Assembly (NCBI GenBank): GCA_964016885.1
Contig: OZ024760.1
Span: forward strand, 16,802,001-16,866,000
Source of the DNA: Eledone cirrhosa
Lineage: Eukaryota
Reading direction: 5' to 3'
DNA length: 64,000 bases
Made by a program: the position numbers and the translations under genes. The notes under the pieces are model-generated. The model worked only from the letters and a program-made list of their open reading frames with translations, was not told where the DNA came from and did no database searches. How positions within the stretch are numbered: the stretch's first letter is position 1; each line of letters begins with the position of its first letter. Shown here piece after piece: positions 37,834-52,600 of this stretch.

Positions 37834-39619
37834 CTGAACACATATACACACACATATAGATACATATATATATACACACATTTATACACATATATATATA
37901 CACACACACACACACATATATATAAATATACATATGTATGAATATATACATATACAGCATTATATATAAATATACATATACATATATCTGAATACATATA
38001 CACACACACATAGATACATATATATACACACACATTTATACACATATATATATACACACACATATACAAAGTAATTTATTATTTCAGTCATCATTTTTAC
38101 TGTGTTTTCACTGCACAACTGAGCAGAGCAGTGTTTTGTTTTTGAGTGTTTCTATTATATTAAAGGTATTCTACACAATTTGTGAAAAAGTCTTGTTATA
38201 TTTTCTCTATGTTGTATATATATTGTATTTATTGTGTATATATCATATTTTCTGTATGTTGTATATATATTGTATTTATTGTATATATATCATATTTTCT
38301 GTATGTTGTATATATATTGTATTTATTGTGTATATATCATATTTTCTCTATGTTGTATCATCATCATCATCATCATCATCATCCACATCATCATTTTACG
38401 TCCGCTTTTCCCTGCTTGCAAGGGTGGGACGGGAACTGATTCTGGGTTGATTTCTACAGCTGGATGCCCTTCCTAACACCAACCTCATTTACAGTGAGTG
38501 CTGGGTGCTTTTTTCCGTGGCACCTCCACGACCACTTTGCAGTGGAATGATAGGGACCGCAGTCCCTATCATCTCATTTCTACAGCTGAGTAAACTGGAG
38601 CAATGTGAAATAAAGTGTCTTGCTCAAGGACACCACACATCACCTGGTCTGAGAATTGAACTCACAACCTTTCGATTGCAAGGCCAATGCTCTAACCACT
38701 CGACATATCTATACAGTTGTCCTCCGGTAGTCATGGTGGTTATGTTCCTAGACCACCTGTGAAGAGTGAAAAATGCCTATAAACAACAAAATATAACATA
38801 AAACATAATAATAAAAAAAAGAGGGAATTTCTTTTGCCAAGGGGCGTCCAATAGGCCAGCAAATACAGTATATTGTTATTAATAATTTAGCATTAAAAAT
38901 ATATATATTGCCACGAAAAAAAAACATTAAAAAAATTGCGGAAGATATTTACAATTCTGCAAAAATACGATGGTTTCCACGAACCACTATTAGTTAGGTT
39001 CTGAGGAAAATTCCACGAATAACTGGGACCATGAATGTCGGGTTTGCAAATGGTAGGGGTACACTGTATATCTTGTTTCTAGTTATGTATTTACATCTGT
39101 TTCTAAACCATTCCCAACACATCTATTATAATAATAATAGTAATGAAATTATTGTGTACAGTGCTCAGGTGCACTACAACTCATCAAAGGTGCAAGTATA
39201 TTACATAGAATAATAAGGATTGCTTCTGTTTTATCGATTTATTGTATCGATCCAAGACGGACGAAAGGCAAAGTTGACCCCAAGGAGGGATTTGAATTGA
39301 AAATATAAACAGAGCCAGAACAAATACCACATAGGTATGCCATCCGACGCTCTACCAATTCTGCCAAGCCACCACCATCTTACAAAGAATAATATTAAAC
39401 TGCTTGACTTGTCAGTACATGTTTGTTTATAAAGTTTAGACAGAAACTGAGACTTATCGAAACATTCCATGCTAAGAAAAAAATGTAATTACTTAGGAAT
39501 AATAAGACTTTAACAAACGTGACTGACTTCTGAATGAGAGTAAGTAAATGTGAGGTGAGGATTTTACTCTAAGTACTTTAGAGAAATACAGAACTTCCTT
39601 GTGGCTGTTTTATTTTGTC

Positions 39620-40710
39620 TGTGAAGGTGTGTGTGTCAGGGTGAAGGTGGGTGGCTCAGTGGTGAGGGTGTTGTGAAGGTTAGTGTTGTGAAGGTTAGTG
39701 TCTCAGTGGTGAGGGTGTTGTGAAGGTGGGTGTTCTAGTGGTGAGGGTGTTGTGAAGGTAAGTGTCCCTTAGTGGGGAAGGTGAGTGTCTCAGTGGTGAG
39801 GGTGTTGTGAAGGTGTGTGTTCTAGTGGTGAGGGTGTTGTGAAGGTGGGTGTCTCAGTGGTGAGGGTGTTGTGAAGGTAAGTGTCCCTTAGTGAGGAGGG
39901 TGAGTGTCTCAGTGGTGAGGGTGTTGTGAAGGTGTGTGTTCTAGTGGTGAGGGTGTTGTGAAGGTTAGTGGCTCAGTGGTGAGGGTGTTGTGAAGGTAAG
40001 TGTCCCTTAGTGAGGAGGGTGAGTGTCTCAGTGGTGAGGGTGTTGTGAAGGTGTGTGTTCTAGTGGTGAGGGTGTTGTGAAGGTTAGTGGCTCAGTGGTG
40101 AGGGTGTTGTGAAGGTAAGTGTCCCTTAGTGAGGAGGGTGAGTGTCTCAGTGGTGAGGGTGTTGTGAAGGTGTGTGTTCTAGTGGTGAGGGTGTTGTGAA
40201 GGTGGGTGTCTCAGTGGTGAGGGTGTTGTGAAGGTTAGTGGCTCAGTGGTGAGGGTGTTGTGAAGGTAAGTGTCCCTTAGAGGGGAAGGTGAGTGTCTCA
40301 GTGGTGAGGGTGTTGTGAAGGTGTGTGTTCTAGTGGTGAGGGTGTTGTGAAGGCGAGTGTCCCTTAGTGGGGAAGGTGAGTGTCTCAGTGGTGAGGGTGT
40401 TGTGAAGGCGAGTGTCCCTTAGTGGGGAAGGTGAGTGTCTCAGTGGTGAGGGTGTTATGAAGGTGTGTGTTCTAGTGGTGAGGATATTGTGAAGGCGAGT
40501 GTCCCTTAGTGGTGAGGTTACTTGTGAAAGCAAATGTACTCGTGGTTAGAGTATCTATGAAAGTGTGTGCCTTAGGAGTTAGGATATAGTAAAGGTGGGT
40601 GACTCAATGGTGAAGGTATTGTGAAGATTGGTGTCCCTTAGTGGGGAGGGTGAGTGTCTTAGTGATTAGGGTGTTGTGAAGGTGGGTGTCCCAGTGGTTA
40701 GGGTATTACA
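39620..40710. repeat. GT-rich satellite with ~30-bp subunits and higher-order structure
   Basis: Repeated CTCAGTGGTGAGGGTGTTGTGAAGGT and CCCTTAGTG variants. Confidence 0.85.
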
Positions 40711-40974
40711 CTGACAGTTGTAAGTTTGTAGCTTCAGTTCTCAAACTGAGAGATGTGTTTGGTAACCTTCAGTCTTTATAACTCTACTAAACTGAAGGGA
40801 AAAGATTTATAAAATATAAGAAAGAATACTTGAACATCACTACAGCAATGAAACAAGCCAGGATCAGGTGAGAGAAGGCTTTCAGGTGTGTCGGACACCT
40901 GGCACAAGCTGCCTTGTGGATACAGAAAAGGACAGAATGGAGAAGGTTTTACCCCAGAGGTGAGTGAAGGAGAC

Positions 40975-41520
40975 ATGTTGAAATAGCCATTCTAAATTGT
41001 GGCCCTCATTCCTGCAGGTAGCAGATTCCATCTTGATAATATGAATAAGGAAGTGGTTTAGGGACCAAGAACACCAGATGTCGCCACCGTTATAAAATTG
41101 ATAACAAACCTATTGGAGGTTAGCTGGTACTTGAATAATTTGCGATGTTCAGTTTGTTGGGCAACAAAGCCTGGGTCTGTTGCCGAATGCACCAGGTTGC
41201 TGCCAGAGAAAGTATCGCTGCATGTTGCATCCCAGGTGAGGGGCTTGCCACTGCAGAATATGAAGATTGTGATACCATCTGGTCTTTTGCTATCCCCTCA
41301 GTCCAACCCTGCTGGCTCGAGCTGTGAAGGGAAACTTGCAGCGTCCAAGCCATGCTTTATGATCCCATCGAGAGTTTCATGGCATGGGAAGCGGCTGGTA
41401 CTATAACAGTGGGTGGAGGCCAAAAGTGTTCACTGTGGATCTGCAGAGATACTTGAGGGTCACAAATCTGGAGGCTTAGCCTCAAGGAAACATAGCCACA
41501 TAGTCACTATCCAGCTGAGT
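40975..41520 (-). mobile_element. Degenerate CRE-clade non-LTR retrotransposon C-terminus (restriction-like endonuclease)
   Basis: Minus-strand reading, with stops and frameshifts: ...IIKHGLDAASFPSQLEPAGL...DSKRPDGIT...GKPLTWDATCSDT...EHRKLFKY...SGVLG, the RPDG/WD/K-KY pattern of CRE-type RLE domains. Confidence 0.7.
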
Positions 41521-42069
41521 ACCAGTTGATAACGATAGAACAGTGTTTAGCCAACTATATTTATATATACCAGTGTCTGGGAGATATAAGGGTTCAATCC
41601 CTCATAGCAGCTGATGGCAAATTTAGGGTCTTCACCCTATTTTAAAAGCTTTTTTATAGCATCTCTGCACACACACACATATATATTAGTAATTTAAACA
41701 TTTTTTTTTTCAACCGTTCAACAGACTGACAGAGGTATACAGTCCTGATGAAGGGTAATGACCCAGAAATATGTTGATTGTTCCTCAAAGCCAGTGTTGG
41801 ACAAACAGGTGACGATCGGTCACCGGCACGGCACAGCTTCAAATCGAACATTATTATCAGTATCGGTAGAGGGTCGGACGCCATGCTTTGAAGCATAGAG
41901 TTACCTCCCTTTATTATCTGAGTTCAAATCCCGTCGAGGTTAACTTTGCCTTTCATCCTTACGGGGTCGATAAAATAAAGTACCAGTAATACACTGAGAT
42001 AATTGCTGACCTTGTGCCAAAAGTAGAAACAATTATTAATGTTCGATATAGCCCATACGTGTATGTATA

Positions 42070-42115
<46 letters not shown>

Positions 42116-42143
42116 ATGTATAAAAATCAATACAATATAATTA

Positions 42144-42213
42144 CCTCATTACCAGAGGTTTCCCGAATGAGGCGAATACGAAAGAAACGTCTTCATTCGT
42201 TCGTCAGACGAGG
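42144..42213 (-). ncRNA. Type I hammerhead ribozyme
   Basis: cctcgt-CTGACGA-stem II (CGAATGA...TCATTCG)-GAAACC-TCT-GGTA^-atgagg; stem I covaries relative to the 8455 copy. Confidence 0.75.
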
Positions 42214-43299
42214 CAATATAAAACATAGGTAAATACTTGGAAAGTCTCATCAGCACTCTTCACTTCTATGACCTTTTCTGTTTTCAACGGAAATTTCAAT
42301 ACTTATATATATATATATATATATAAATTAGTTTTTAAATTACAAAGTATGAGAAAGGTGCAAGAAAGATAACTACGTTATAACTTCTTTGTAGTGAAGT
42401 GACGTAGTCACTCATATAATTCTAGAGGGAGTTTGTGCCTACAACTTGCAGAGATAATCTCAGTTAAACGAAATAGTTTCTTCTATTTTTATTACATATA
42501 TGAGACACTATCATATGTTTGTTAAGAGACAGATTTTAAAACTAGGGAACTTTTTAGCGGAGCCATATACACTCGGATTCCAAATATTAGGCGAGGTTGG
42601 AATAAGCGGGTCGGGTGGGGATTGGAAAATTGGTTATTTTTCTGTGTTGTCGCTGTTGGAAAAAAATCTGAAAAAAATTAATAAGCGGGCGGGGAAGACC
42701 GGTTATTCGAGACCCGAGAGTATATCATTACTAGGATCATTTTTAACGAGGAACTTTTTCACTCTGTCACCGTAATTAGCGAGGTCATCGCAGTCTTTTA
42801 TTTTGTCTTATCTGGTAAGGATCATTTCGCCGTGTTTTCGTAATAATTGAGATTGAAAGCATTAAGGTATATTTAAAAAAAAATAATAACAACAATGTTA
42901 CAATTAAATTTTATTACTTTATACAATATGTAAACATATTGGAAGACTGTGCTTATTCGCTATCATTCTGGTTTAAGGAAATACATTTTCTAAAATGAAT
43001 ATTTATTTCATAAATCAATGGTAGTTGATAAATTTAAATTCTAGATTTTTTTTTATTATTTCCTATTAAATAAACTGAGAATTATTTTCAGTTGATAGTG
43101 AACTCTGCAGACGAAATTCGGTCGCATTCACCTGCAAATAATTTCTAAAATTTGTTTTTATACAAATAATCTATAATAACTGTAATTTATAAATATTTTG
43201 CATTTTATTTTAATTTATTACTTAATAAATAAATAAATAATTAAATTACGAAACACTGAAAACTATTTTTTTTTATTACAGCTGAAAAATAAAATAAAA

Positions 43300-43356
43300 G
43301 TATTGTAGCGGAAGTTGAGTGCGGGACTATAAACACCTGGCTGTTGTTAGTTGAAC
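43300..43356 (+). promoter_or_regulatory. Putative FARSA proximal promoter/5'UTR
   Basis: CGGAAGT (ETS-type) at ~43309 and GCGGGACTAT just upstream of the ATG, following an AT-rich stretch. Confidence 0.4.
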
Positions 43357-46300
43357 ATGTCCGACTTACAGCAGTCGTTGTTGTCTTATATTGAAGATAA
43401 AGATAGTGTAGATAGTTTACAATTGGCTGAAGAATGGAAGGTCGACCACCAGAAAATAGTCGGAGTTATGAAAAGTCTCCAGTCTCTAGGAGAGGTGGGT
43501 GACATGTTTTATATTTATATTGGGGTTTGTTTCTCTACCGGTTACTTTCGTTAAATGATGATGCAATAATGTTCATACAACTACGACATCTGTTGTTGGT
43601 GTTGTCTAGCCACTGGTCACTCTATATTGACCAGACCAGTGCTTTGTTGGTGTTGTCTAGCCACTGGTCACTTTATATTGACCAGACATCTGCCTTTGTG
43701 GTGGTGTAGTGTTGGTAATGTTGTTGGTGTTGGGTAGCCACCGGTCAGTCTATATTGAACAGGCCACTGTCTTGATGGTGGTGTAGTGTTGTCTAGCCAC
43801 TTACACTTTGTATTGATCAGACCACTGTCTTTGTGGTGGTGTAGTGTTGATGTTGTAGCCACTGGTCACCATATTAACCTGACCACTGTCTTGGTGGTGT
43901 TGAGTTGATAATGTTGGTGGTGTTGGGTAGCCACCGCTCAGTCTATATTGACAAGACCAGGCATGTCAAACTGAGGGTCCCACATGGGTCACGTGTTGTC
44001 TGAGGGCCACACATGACAACTAATTGCGCACATTACAACTAATTTTTATTTTATTTTATATTACGCTCGCGCTGTAAAAACCTTTGTGCGGGCCGCAGGT
44101 GTGCTGTAAAGGGCCGCAGCTGGACAAGAGCACTGTCTTGTTAGTGTTTTAGTGTCGGTAATGTTGTTGTGTTGGTGTTGGGTAGCTACTGGTCACTCTA
44201 TATTGACTTGGTGGTGGTGTAGTTGTCAACAACAAAAACAAGATGGTGTAGGACTATATATATAGGAAAAGAGTCAGGACCCCGACGGCTGAACTAGCTG
44301 TCGAAACGGCCGGAGCTCAGCCGTCAGGGCCCTGACTCTTTTCCTATTGCCCGCTCTACTACCCATAGTATCGAGTACTCTGGTGCGTTATGGTCTACCT
44401 GGTTCCTTACCACACCTCCTTCGTTATACATATATATAATGCATGTTTTCTCTTTTTCTTTCCAATTTATTTTCAGATCTTGAATGTAGAACAGAAAAGC
44501 ACCAAGAAACTTGAACTGACCGAAGAAGGTCAAGAAATCTCTAAATCAGGAAGTTATGAGGCTTTGATATATAATTCCATTCCTGATGATGGAATTCTTC
44601 AGTCATATATTATGGTAAATACTTACTTAATGAGTCCTTTCCTTATTCATACTGTTAGAATGAGATTTGACTGCTATTTCTAGCAAGTCGAGTGACCACA
44701 CGGAGGTTCAGATATTCTAGGGTCACAAATAATAGGGTTCGGTGGAGTAAGTTGGGGGTAGGATTTGGAAAATCGGTAATTTTTCTAGATTGTCTCCATT
44801 GGTTTTTCTAAAAACCAGAAATAGTTGTTTAGTTTACATATTGAAACAGAGTATTCTGGCTGGATATGGCTGATTTAAATGCTAAAAGGGTTAAAGTCAT
44901 TTTTCTTAGCTTGGAATAAGTTTCAGTTTCTGTCTTAAAGTTTATAAATAAACATCTAAAAACCTGTGCAACCCATGTAAACATGGAAAAACAGACGTAA
45001 AATGATGGTGGTGATTATGGTGATGATGATGATGTTTATTATGGTGATGGTGTTTTATTATTTCAGAAAAATGTCCCCAACGCTAAAATTGGTTTCAACA
45101 AAGCCATGTCTGCTGGTTGGATCAAAATTGATAAGTCTGCTGAGGGAGGACCAAGAATTCACAAGAAGGTAAATATTTCTCTGCTAGTAACATTTAAGGG
45201 TGTGGACATGCCAGTGGAAGGAAGTCGCAGTAGAGGTAGACCAAGAAAGACCTAGGTAAAGGTGGTGAGAGCTGACCTGAAATCGCTGAGACTCGAAGAG
45301 GAGATGACAAAGAAATGCAGTGAGTGGAGCAATGCTTTGCTGAGAAGGACCTGTCCAACACATGCAAGCATGGTAAAACGATGATGGTGATGACAGGGAA
45401 GTGTGGTGGTGGGGAGATGGACATTGCGTCTTTGGGGTATGTGGGGTTATGTTGTATATGAAATATTTCTCTGAGAGTAACATTTAAGGGTGTGGTGGAT
45501 AGGGATGTGTTGTATATAAAATATTGATTGTATCATGTCAGTAATATTTATGTATGTACCAAACTGATCATACACATGTACCCCTAAATGCATGTTTTCC
45601 CTTTATACCCCCCTCCCCACACACACACAAACAAGTTCCCCCATCCACACACGTAAACCCATACAAACATATACCTCTACACATGTATCCTTACCAACAC
45701 AAAACTCTGTATCTGTAGGTGGAGACATGCCCTACTCCTGCAGACACAATATTTACCTGTTCTTCAGACATCCCAATCTCTACAGACCCAATGTTTACCT
45801 GTTCTTCTTTCTCTCGTTTATCTGTAGGTGGAAACAATAGAAGACAAGGTACAAGAGACATTGAAACAGTTACAAGATCTGTCACTAACAGATCTGCCAG
45901 ATGCCCTATGTAAAGACTTCAAGAAAAGAAAGTTAATCACAGAAAGGTGAGATGTTACACCTATAAAACCCACCCTCCCCACTAACTATTTACAGGTAGA
46001 AAACATGTTATGATAACTTGGCATTAAGCCCTTTTCATGCCAACACACCCAAACTGGTTCTATGAAACAATTCTTCATTAACCTGCTTGATATCATCCTG
46101 GCCCAAAACTGGTTCTAGTTCTATCAAATGGAACCATTCTATTTAAAGGGTTAGGGTTCCTATTTAAATTATAATTTTCCATTTTATTTAAGGACCATAT
46201 GTTAAATTGCTATCTTAGGAATGAAATAATTAATTAAAATAGAGTGTATTTCATTAGAAATATGGTCTATAAAGGGTTAAAGACCATAGAATGAAATGAC

Positions 46301-47544
46301 ACTTTATTGCACCTGTAATAATATTATATATTAAAATAATAACACTCTACCACACCTGTATTGTAATATATTAAAATAATAACACTATACCACACCTGCA
46401 ATAATGTTACATATTAAAACAATAACACTATACCTCACCTGTAATGTTATATATTAAAACAATAACACTATACGTCACCTGTAATGTTATATATTAAAAC
46501 AAAAATGACAGTATATTACCTGTAATAATGTTTTCTTACCTTTCAGTAAAGTCAACAGCTATGTTATTTCAAAAGGACCAAATTTTACATTGACAATTAG
46601 TAAACCTGAGATTGACTTAACACCTGAGATGATTGCCAGGTAAGAAATGATGTTGTATTTGTTTATATATGGTATGTGTTTCACCTGAACTCAGGTGTGA
46701 CAACTTATGGTTATACATATTAATGTAGAAATAAGTGTAGTTACTTAATGTCAAAAGAAAGTATTATATATATATATACCCTGTTTCTTTCCAACCAGTG
46801 GCTCGTGGAAATCCACCCAGTTTAAACCTTACAACTTCAATTCTTTGGGTGTAATGCCTCCATCAGGTCACCTACACCCCTTACTGAAGGTCAGGACACA
46901 ATATATGAAGATTTTCCTGGAAATGGGGTAAGTTACTCACTTTGTCCTTTCTATAGCAACTGTCTTTCTTACATTTATTTACTGATACCAGTGTGTGTGT
47001 GTGTTTATGTATGTGTGTATATAATTTGTCATAACCTCACTCTCCTACTCTTTTTTCCTTTCTGATGAAGAACTACCATCTGATACATTGACAACACTTC
47101 TTATTCCATTTCATACAAGTGTTAACCTAATAACACTTTTTGTAATTGTCCTCTGTGTTTGTTTCACTTTTTTTTCATATATTGTTTACTTTAAAGAATA
47201 TACATACATATATATATATATAAAGGTAGATTACATGAGTTGATAATACAGAATGTATTAATGTATTGAACCTTGGTGATTATTTATTCATATATATACA
47301 CTGTACATGTGGTTGGTGTTAGGAAGGGCATCCAACTGTAGAAAACCTGCCAGACAGTCCTATGCGAGCAAGACAATCACTCTTGCCTCAAGTGGGACTA
47401 CCCCCGTCCAAACCCATGCAAGCGTGGAACACAGACGTTAAACGGTGATGATGATGATGATGATATACATACACAGGGTGTCCCCAAAAAATGTATACAC
47501 TGATTAGAATGCTATTGAAGTGTGTATACATTTTTGGGGACAAA

Positions 47545-47579
<35 letters not shown>

Positions 47580-47781
47580 AGAGTGAAAAAGGGAAATAAA
47601 AACAAAAAAAACCTTTTCTCAACCATTTTCATTGTTAATATTTCAGATTTTCTGAAATGGCAACCAATAACTTTGTTGAAAGTAGTTTCTGGAACTTTGA
47701 TGCACTTTTCCAACCCCAACAACATCCTGCACGTGATGCCCACGACACTTTCTATGTCTCAGGTAAGTTGGGTTTATTTTC

Positions 47782-47817
<36 letters not shown>

Positions 47818-48178
47818 GATGAATTTATATTTTTAAGTGTGGGTCAATCAATGCTAAACATTGATTGCCAGCTAAATTAACTATAGGGATATAAAATATT
47901 CAGAAGCAAAAACCGATCCAAACCAAACGGAGTATTTTTTATTATATATTTCTGGCAATATAATAATATGACCCTCCCCTATATATATATATCCTGGTGT
48001 GCTGAAACATTCTTGGCTTCAGGTAAAAGAAAATACAGGAGGATCAGTTAATTATGATTTTATTCAACATATTTCCTTCTGATTCACACGCTTATTGCAG
48101 CAGTCCTACCTCCTCTGTAAAGTTAACAGCCCCACTCTTTCGCGATACCCTTAAGCCAGGAACTTTTGAGCATCCCAG

Positions 48179-48211
<33 letters not shown>

Positions 48212-49388
48212 ACTTATATATATATATATGAAAATAAGGGCGCTGCGGAGTTGCAAATGGGTTACATATGAAAAAAGTTTGTCCTTCATCAGTGATCTTC
48301 CAACCATCATAGGCATTTCATCGCTTTAAAGACCATATACCTCCGGTTGGTGCGAGCAACGGCTACAAAAAGACGTTGGGACACGTAAATAAAGGGGACG
48401 CGAGGGTAAACAAACAAATATATATATATATAGTGAAGGCGTGTGGCTGAGTGGTTAGAGAATTGGATTCGCAATCGTTGGGTTGTGAGTTCGATTCCTC
48501 GACCAGGCGATGCGTTATGTCCTTGAGCAAGACACTTTATTTCACGTTGCTCCTTCTACCGGTAGATAGTATTAGCAATTGGAAAGACCAACGAAACACT
48601 GTTTCCTCAGTCCGATTTGACGAAAGTCGATCGTTCCTAAAAATATATATATATACACATACATATATATATATATATATATACACATACATATATTCTC
48701 TCATATTTACAGATCCTATAAATGCACATGAGTTTCCAGAAGATTATTTAGAAAGGGTGAAAAGTGTTCATTCAGAAGGTGGATTTGGTTCTCAGGGGTG
48801 AGTATATGTATAAAATATTCATGTGTGTTTGTATGTATATATACTACGTCGTACAGGGTGGAATGGGTATTTCTTGTGGACCCAATATGACCATTTCACA
48901 GGGTGGACTGGGTTCTTTATATTTTTCCTATCCTGTCTACAGCTCTACATTCATGGCATTTTCTTACATCATCATTCTGACAGAATCAGTAGAGCGTCAG
49001 CCACCATGCTTTGTGGCATATAGTTACGTCTCTTTACATTCTGATTTCAAATCCTGACAAAGTTATCTAAGCCTTTCATCCTTTTGTGGTGGATAAAATA
49101 CCAGTAAGTGAAGGCTTAGTGGTTAGAGCATTGGGCTTGCAATCAAAAGGTTGTGAGTTCAATTCTCGGACCGGGTGATGTGTTGTGTCCTTGAGCAAGA
49201 CACTTCATTTCCCGTTGCTCCAGTTTACTCAGCTGTAGAAATGAGATGATAGGGACTGGGATCCCTATCATTAAATTACCCAAGACACCTCCAACGAGAT
49301 ATACCTTGGAGGAGGCGGCCAGCTACACCTGCACAGGTGTGAGCTGTCACACACACACAGTAATGCACTGGGATCAATCTAATCGACC

Positions 49389-49419
<31 letters not shown>

Positions 49420-49631
49420 AAATCCTTAGCCTTGTGCCTAAATCAGAAACGATTTTTATATAATATATATTTATGTTTGTCTACTTGCAGGTATAAATAT
49501 GACTGGAAGATAGAAGAGGCTCAGAAGAATATAATGAGGACCCACACAACAGCTGTGAGTGCCAGGATGCTGTATAAGTTGGCACAGGAGGTGAGTTACT
49601 GGTTGGACATATATACACATATATATATATA

Positions 49632-49690
<59 letters not shown>

Positions 49691-52600
49691 GCACATGGCT
49701 TAGTGGTTAGAGCATTGGCCTTGCAATTGAAAGGTTGTGAGTTCAATTCTCAGACCGGGTGATGTGTTGTTTCCTTGAGCAAGACACTTTATTTCACATT
49801 GCTCCAGTTTCCTCAGCTGTAGAAATGAGATGATAGGGACTGGGGTCCCTATCATTCCACTGCAAAGTGGTCGTGGAGGTGCCACAGTAAAAAAAGCACC
49901 CAGCACTCACTGTAAATGAGGTTGGTGTTAGGAAGGGCATCCAGCTGTAGAAATCAAGCCAGTATCAGTTCCCGTCCCACCCTTGCAAGCAGGGGAAAAG
50001 CGGACGTGAAATGAAATGATGATATATATATATATATACTCTCAAACACATACATATAAACATTCATGTACACAAGCACATATGTCCAGACACATACATA
50101 TATACTCTCAAACACATACATATAAACATTCATGTACACAAGCACAGATGTCCAGACACATACATATATACTCTCAAACACATACATATAAACATTCATG
50201 TACACAAGCACAGATGTCCAGACACATACATATATACTCTCAAACACATACATATAAACATTCATGTACACAAGCACAGATGTCCAGACACATACATATA
50301 TACTCTCAAACACATACATATAAACATTCATGTACACAAGCACAGATGTCCAGACACATACATATATACTCTCAAACACATACAAATATTTTCACATACT
50401 TGGACACATACACACACACATATATTGTAAAATTAGGGATTAACCACTGTACAGACAATGTAAAATTAGTTAGGGATTAACTGTTATACAGACTATGTAA
50501 AATTTATTAGGGCTCTAGTATTCTAAAGACATTGTAAAATTTATTAGGGCTCAAGTATTCTGCAGATATTGTAAAATTATATTTTGTTTATTCTTTCAGA
50601 AACCCTTCAAACCTGCCAAATATTTCTCTATTGATCGTGTGTTCCGTAACGAGACCCTTGACGCTACACATCTCGCTGAATTCCACCAGATAGAAGGGGT
50701 TGTCATTGATTACAATCTGACTTTAGGGGATTTGATGGGGGTCATACATAAATTCTTCAGTAAACTTGGTGAGTACGTTTTTTGTGTTTTTTTTTTTGTG
50801 TGTGTGTATGGGGGAGGGGTGTAAAGTAATACAGGAACAAACGTGGCCAAGGGGTTAGGAAGTTTGTTTAGCAAACTGGGTTTTGAGTTCTGTCTCAGTG
50901 TGCCACCCTGAGGGTTTCAAGTGTCCTTTTTTGTTGTCTTGGGTTAACCTCAGCTTTGTCAGTGAAACTTGGTAGACAGAAACCTCAAAAGGCAATGGGC
51001 TGTTCCTCTCACCTGCTTTATATGGTCCTTGAAATGCTTTGGGCTTGACCCTCTGTTTTATGACTGAGAGGTTTAGGCCATAAAAGGTTGTAGGCCATGC
51101 ACCTCCCTGCTTTGTTTGTGAAGGTTGTGGGCCCTGCACCTCCCTATTTTAAGACTGAGCGGGTTGAGCCTGGAATGGCTGTGAACCATGCTTTATGTCT
51201 GAGGGTAACACCTCAAAATACTGTAGGCTCTGCACCTTTCCTGCTTTATAACTGGAAGGGGTTGTGCTTTGAAAGGCTGTAGACCATGCCCCTCCCTGCT
51301 TTATGACTGGTAAGTTTTGGCCTTGAAGGGCCATTGGCCATGTTACTTCTTTGGTGATTACTGATCCCAGTGTTACCTTAAAATTCTGCTAATCTGAGGG
51401 TTCAATCCCCAGTGTAGCTCAGTGTAATATTGTGAGTTGTCAGAGGTTCAATCCCCAGTGTAGCTCTGTTGATATCTAAGGTTGTCAGTTTGTTATAATT
51501 GTTCAATGTTCTTTCTTCAGGGATCAGCAAGTTACGTTTCAAACCTGCCTACAACCCCTACACAGAACCTAGTATGGAAATATTCAGTTATCATGAAGGT
51601 AGGCATACAATCTCACAGTGTCACACACACACAGTCACATATACATACTTTGTTACACATATACATACATACACACTGTCACACATACATACATATCATG
51701 TCACACATACATACACACTGTCACACATACATACATATCATGTTACACATACATACACACTGTCACACATACATACATATCATGTTACACATACATACAC
51801 ACTGTCACACATACATACATATCATGTTACACATACATACACACTGTCACACATACATACATATCATGTTACACATACATACACACTGTCACACATACAT
51901 ACATATCATGTTACACATACATACACACTGTCGACTTTCCCTAAAATTCTTGGCCTTGAGCCAAAAGTAGACGCCATTATTATTACTTTATTTTATCGAC
52001 CCCGTAAGGATGAAAGGCAAAGTTAACCTCGGCGGGATTTGAACTCAGAATGGCAAGGGCCATAGAGTTACGGCCCTTGCCATTCTGAGTTCAAATCCCG
52101 CCGAGGTTAACTTTGCCTTTCATCCTTACGGGGTCGATAAAATAAAGTACCAGTAATACACTGGGGTAATTGCTGGCCTTGTGCCAAAAAGTAGAAACAA
52201 TTATTTTTATTATTTGCTTAATTATTCATAATGTATCATTTCTCTGTTTCCAGGACTTAAAAAATGGGTAGAAATTGGTAATTCTGGGGTTTTCCGGCCA
52301 GAAATGTTACTGCCAATGGGTTTACCTGAGAATGTATCAGCTATTGCTTGGGGACTGTCTTTAGAAAGGTAAGTTAGCTATATTGCCACACCTGTCTTTC
52401 TCTACCTTTCATATAATAATAATAATAATAATAATAATTAATAATCATCATCATGTAATGTTTATTTTCAATGCTTGCGTGGTGACTGGATTCTACATAT
52501 CTCTATACCCACTCTACATCTCCCCATGTATTGAGTACTTACATGATTAGTGGTCGCCTCAGTCTCAGCACCGCTGACTATATATGTATATATAATTGTA

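Noticed and set aside
41741-41780. CTGATGAAGGGT(AATG)ACCCAGAAA hammerhead-like motif
   Set aside because: The core and stem II are present, but no convincing stem I, stem III or cleavage triplet; at most a decayed copy.
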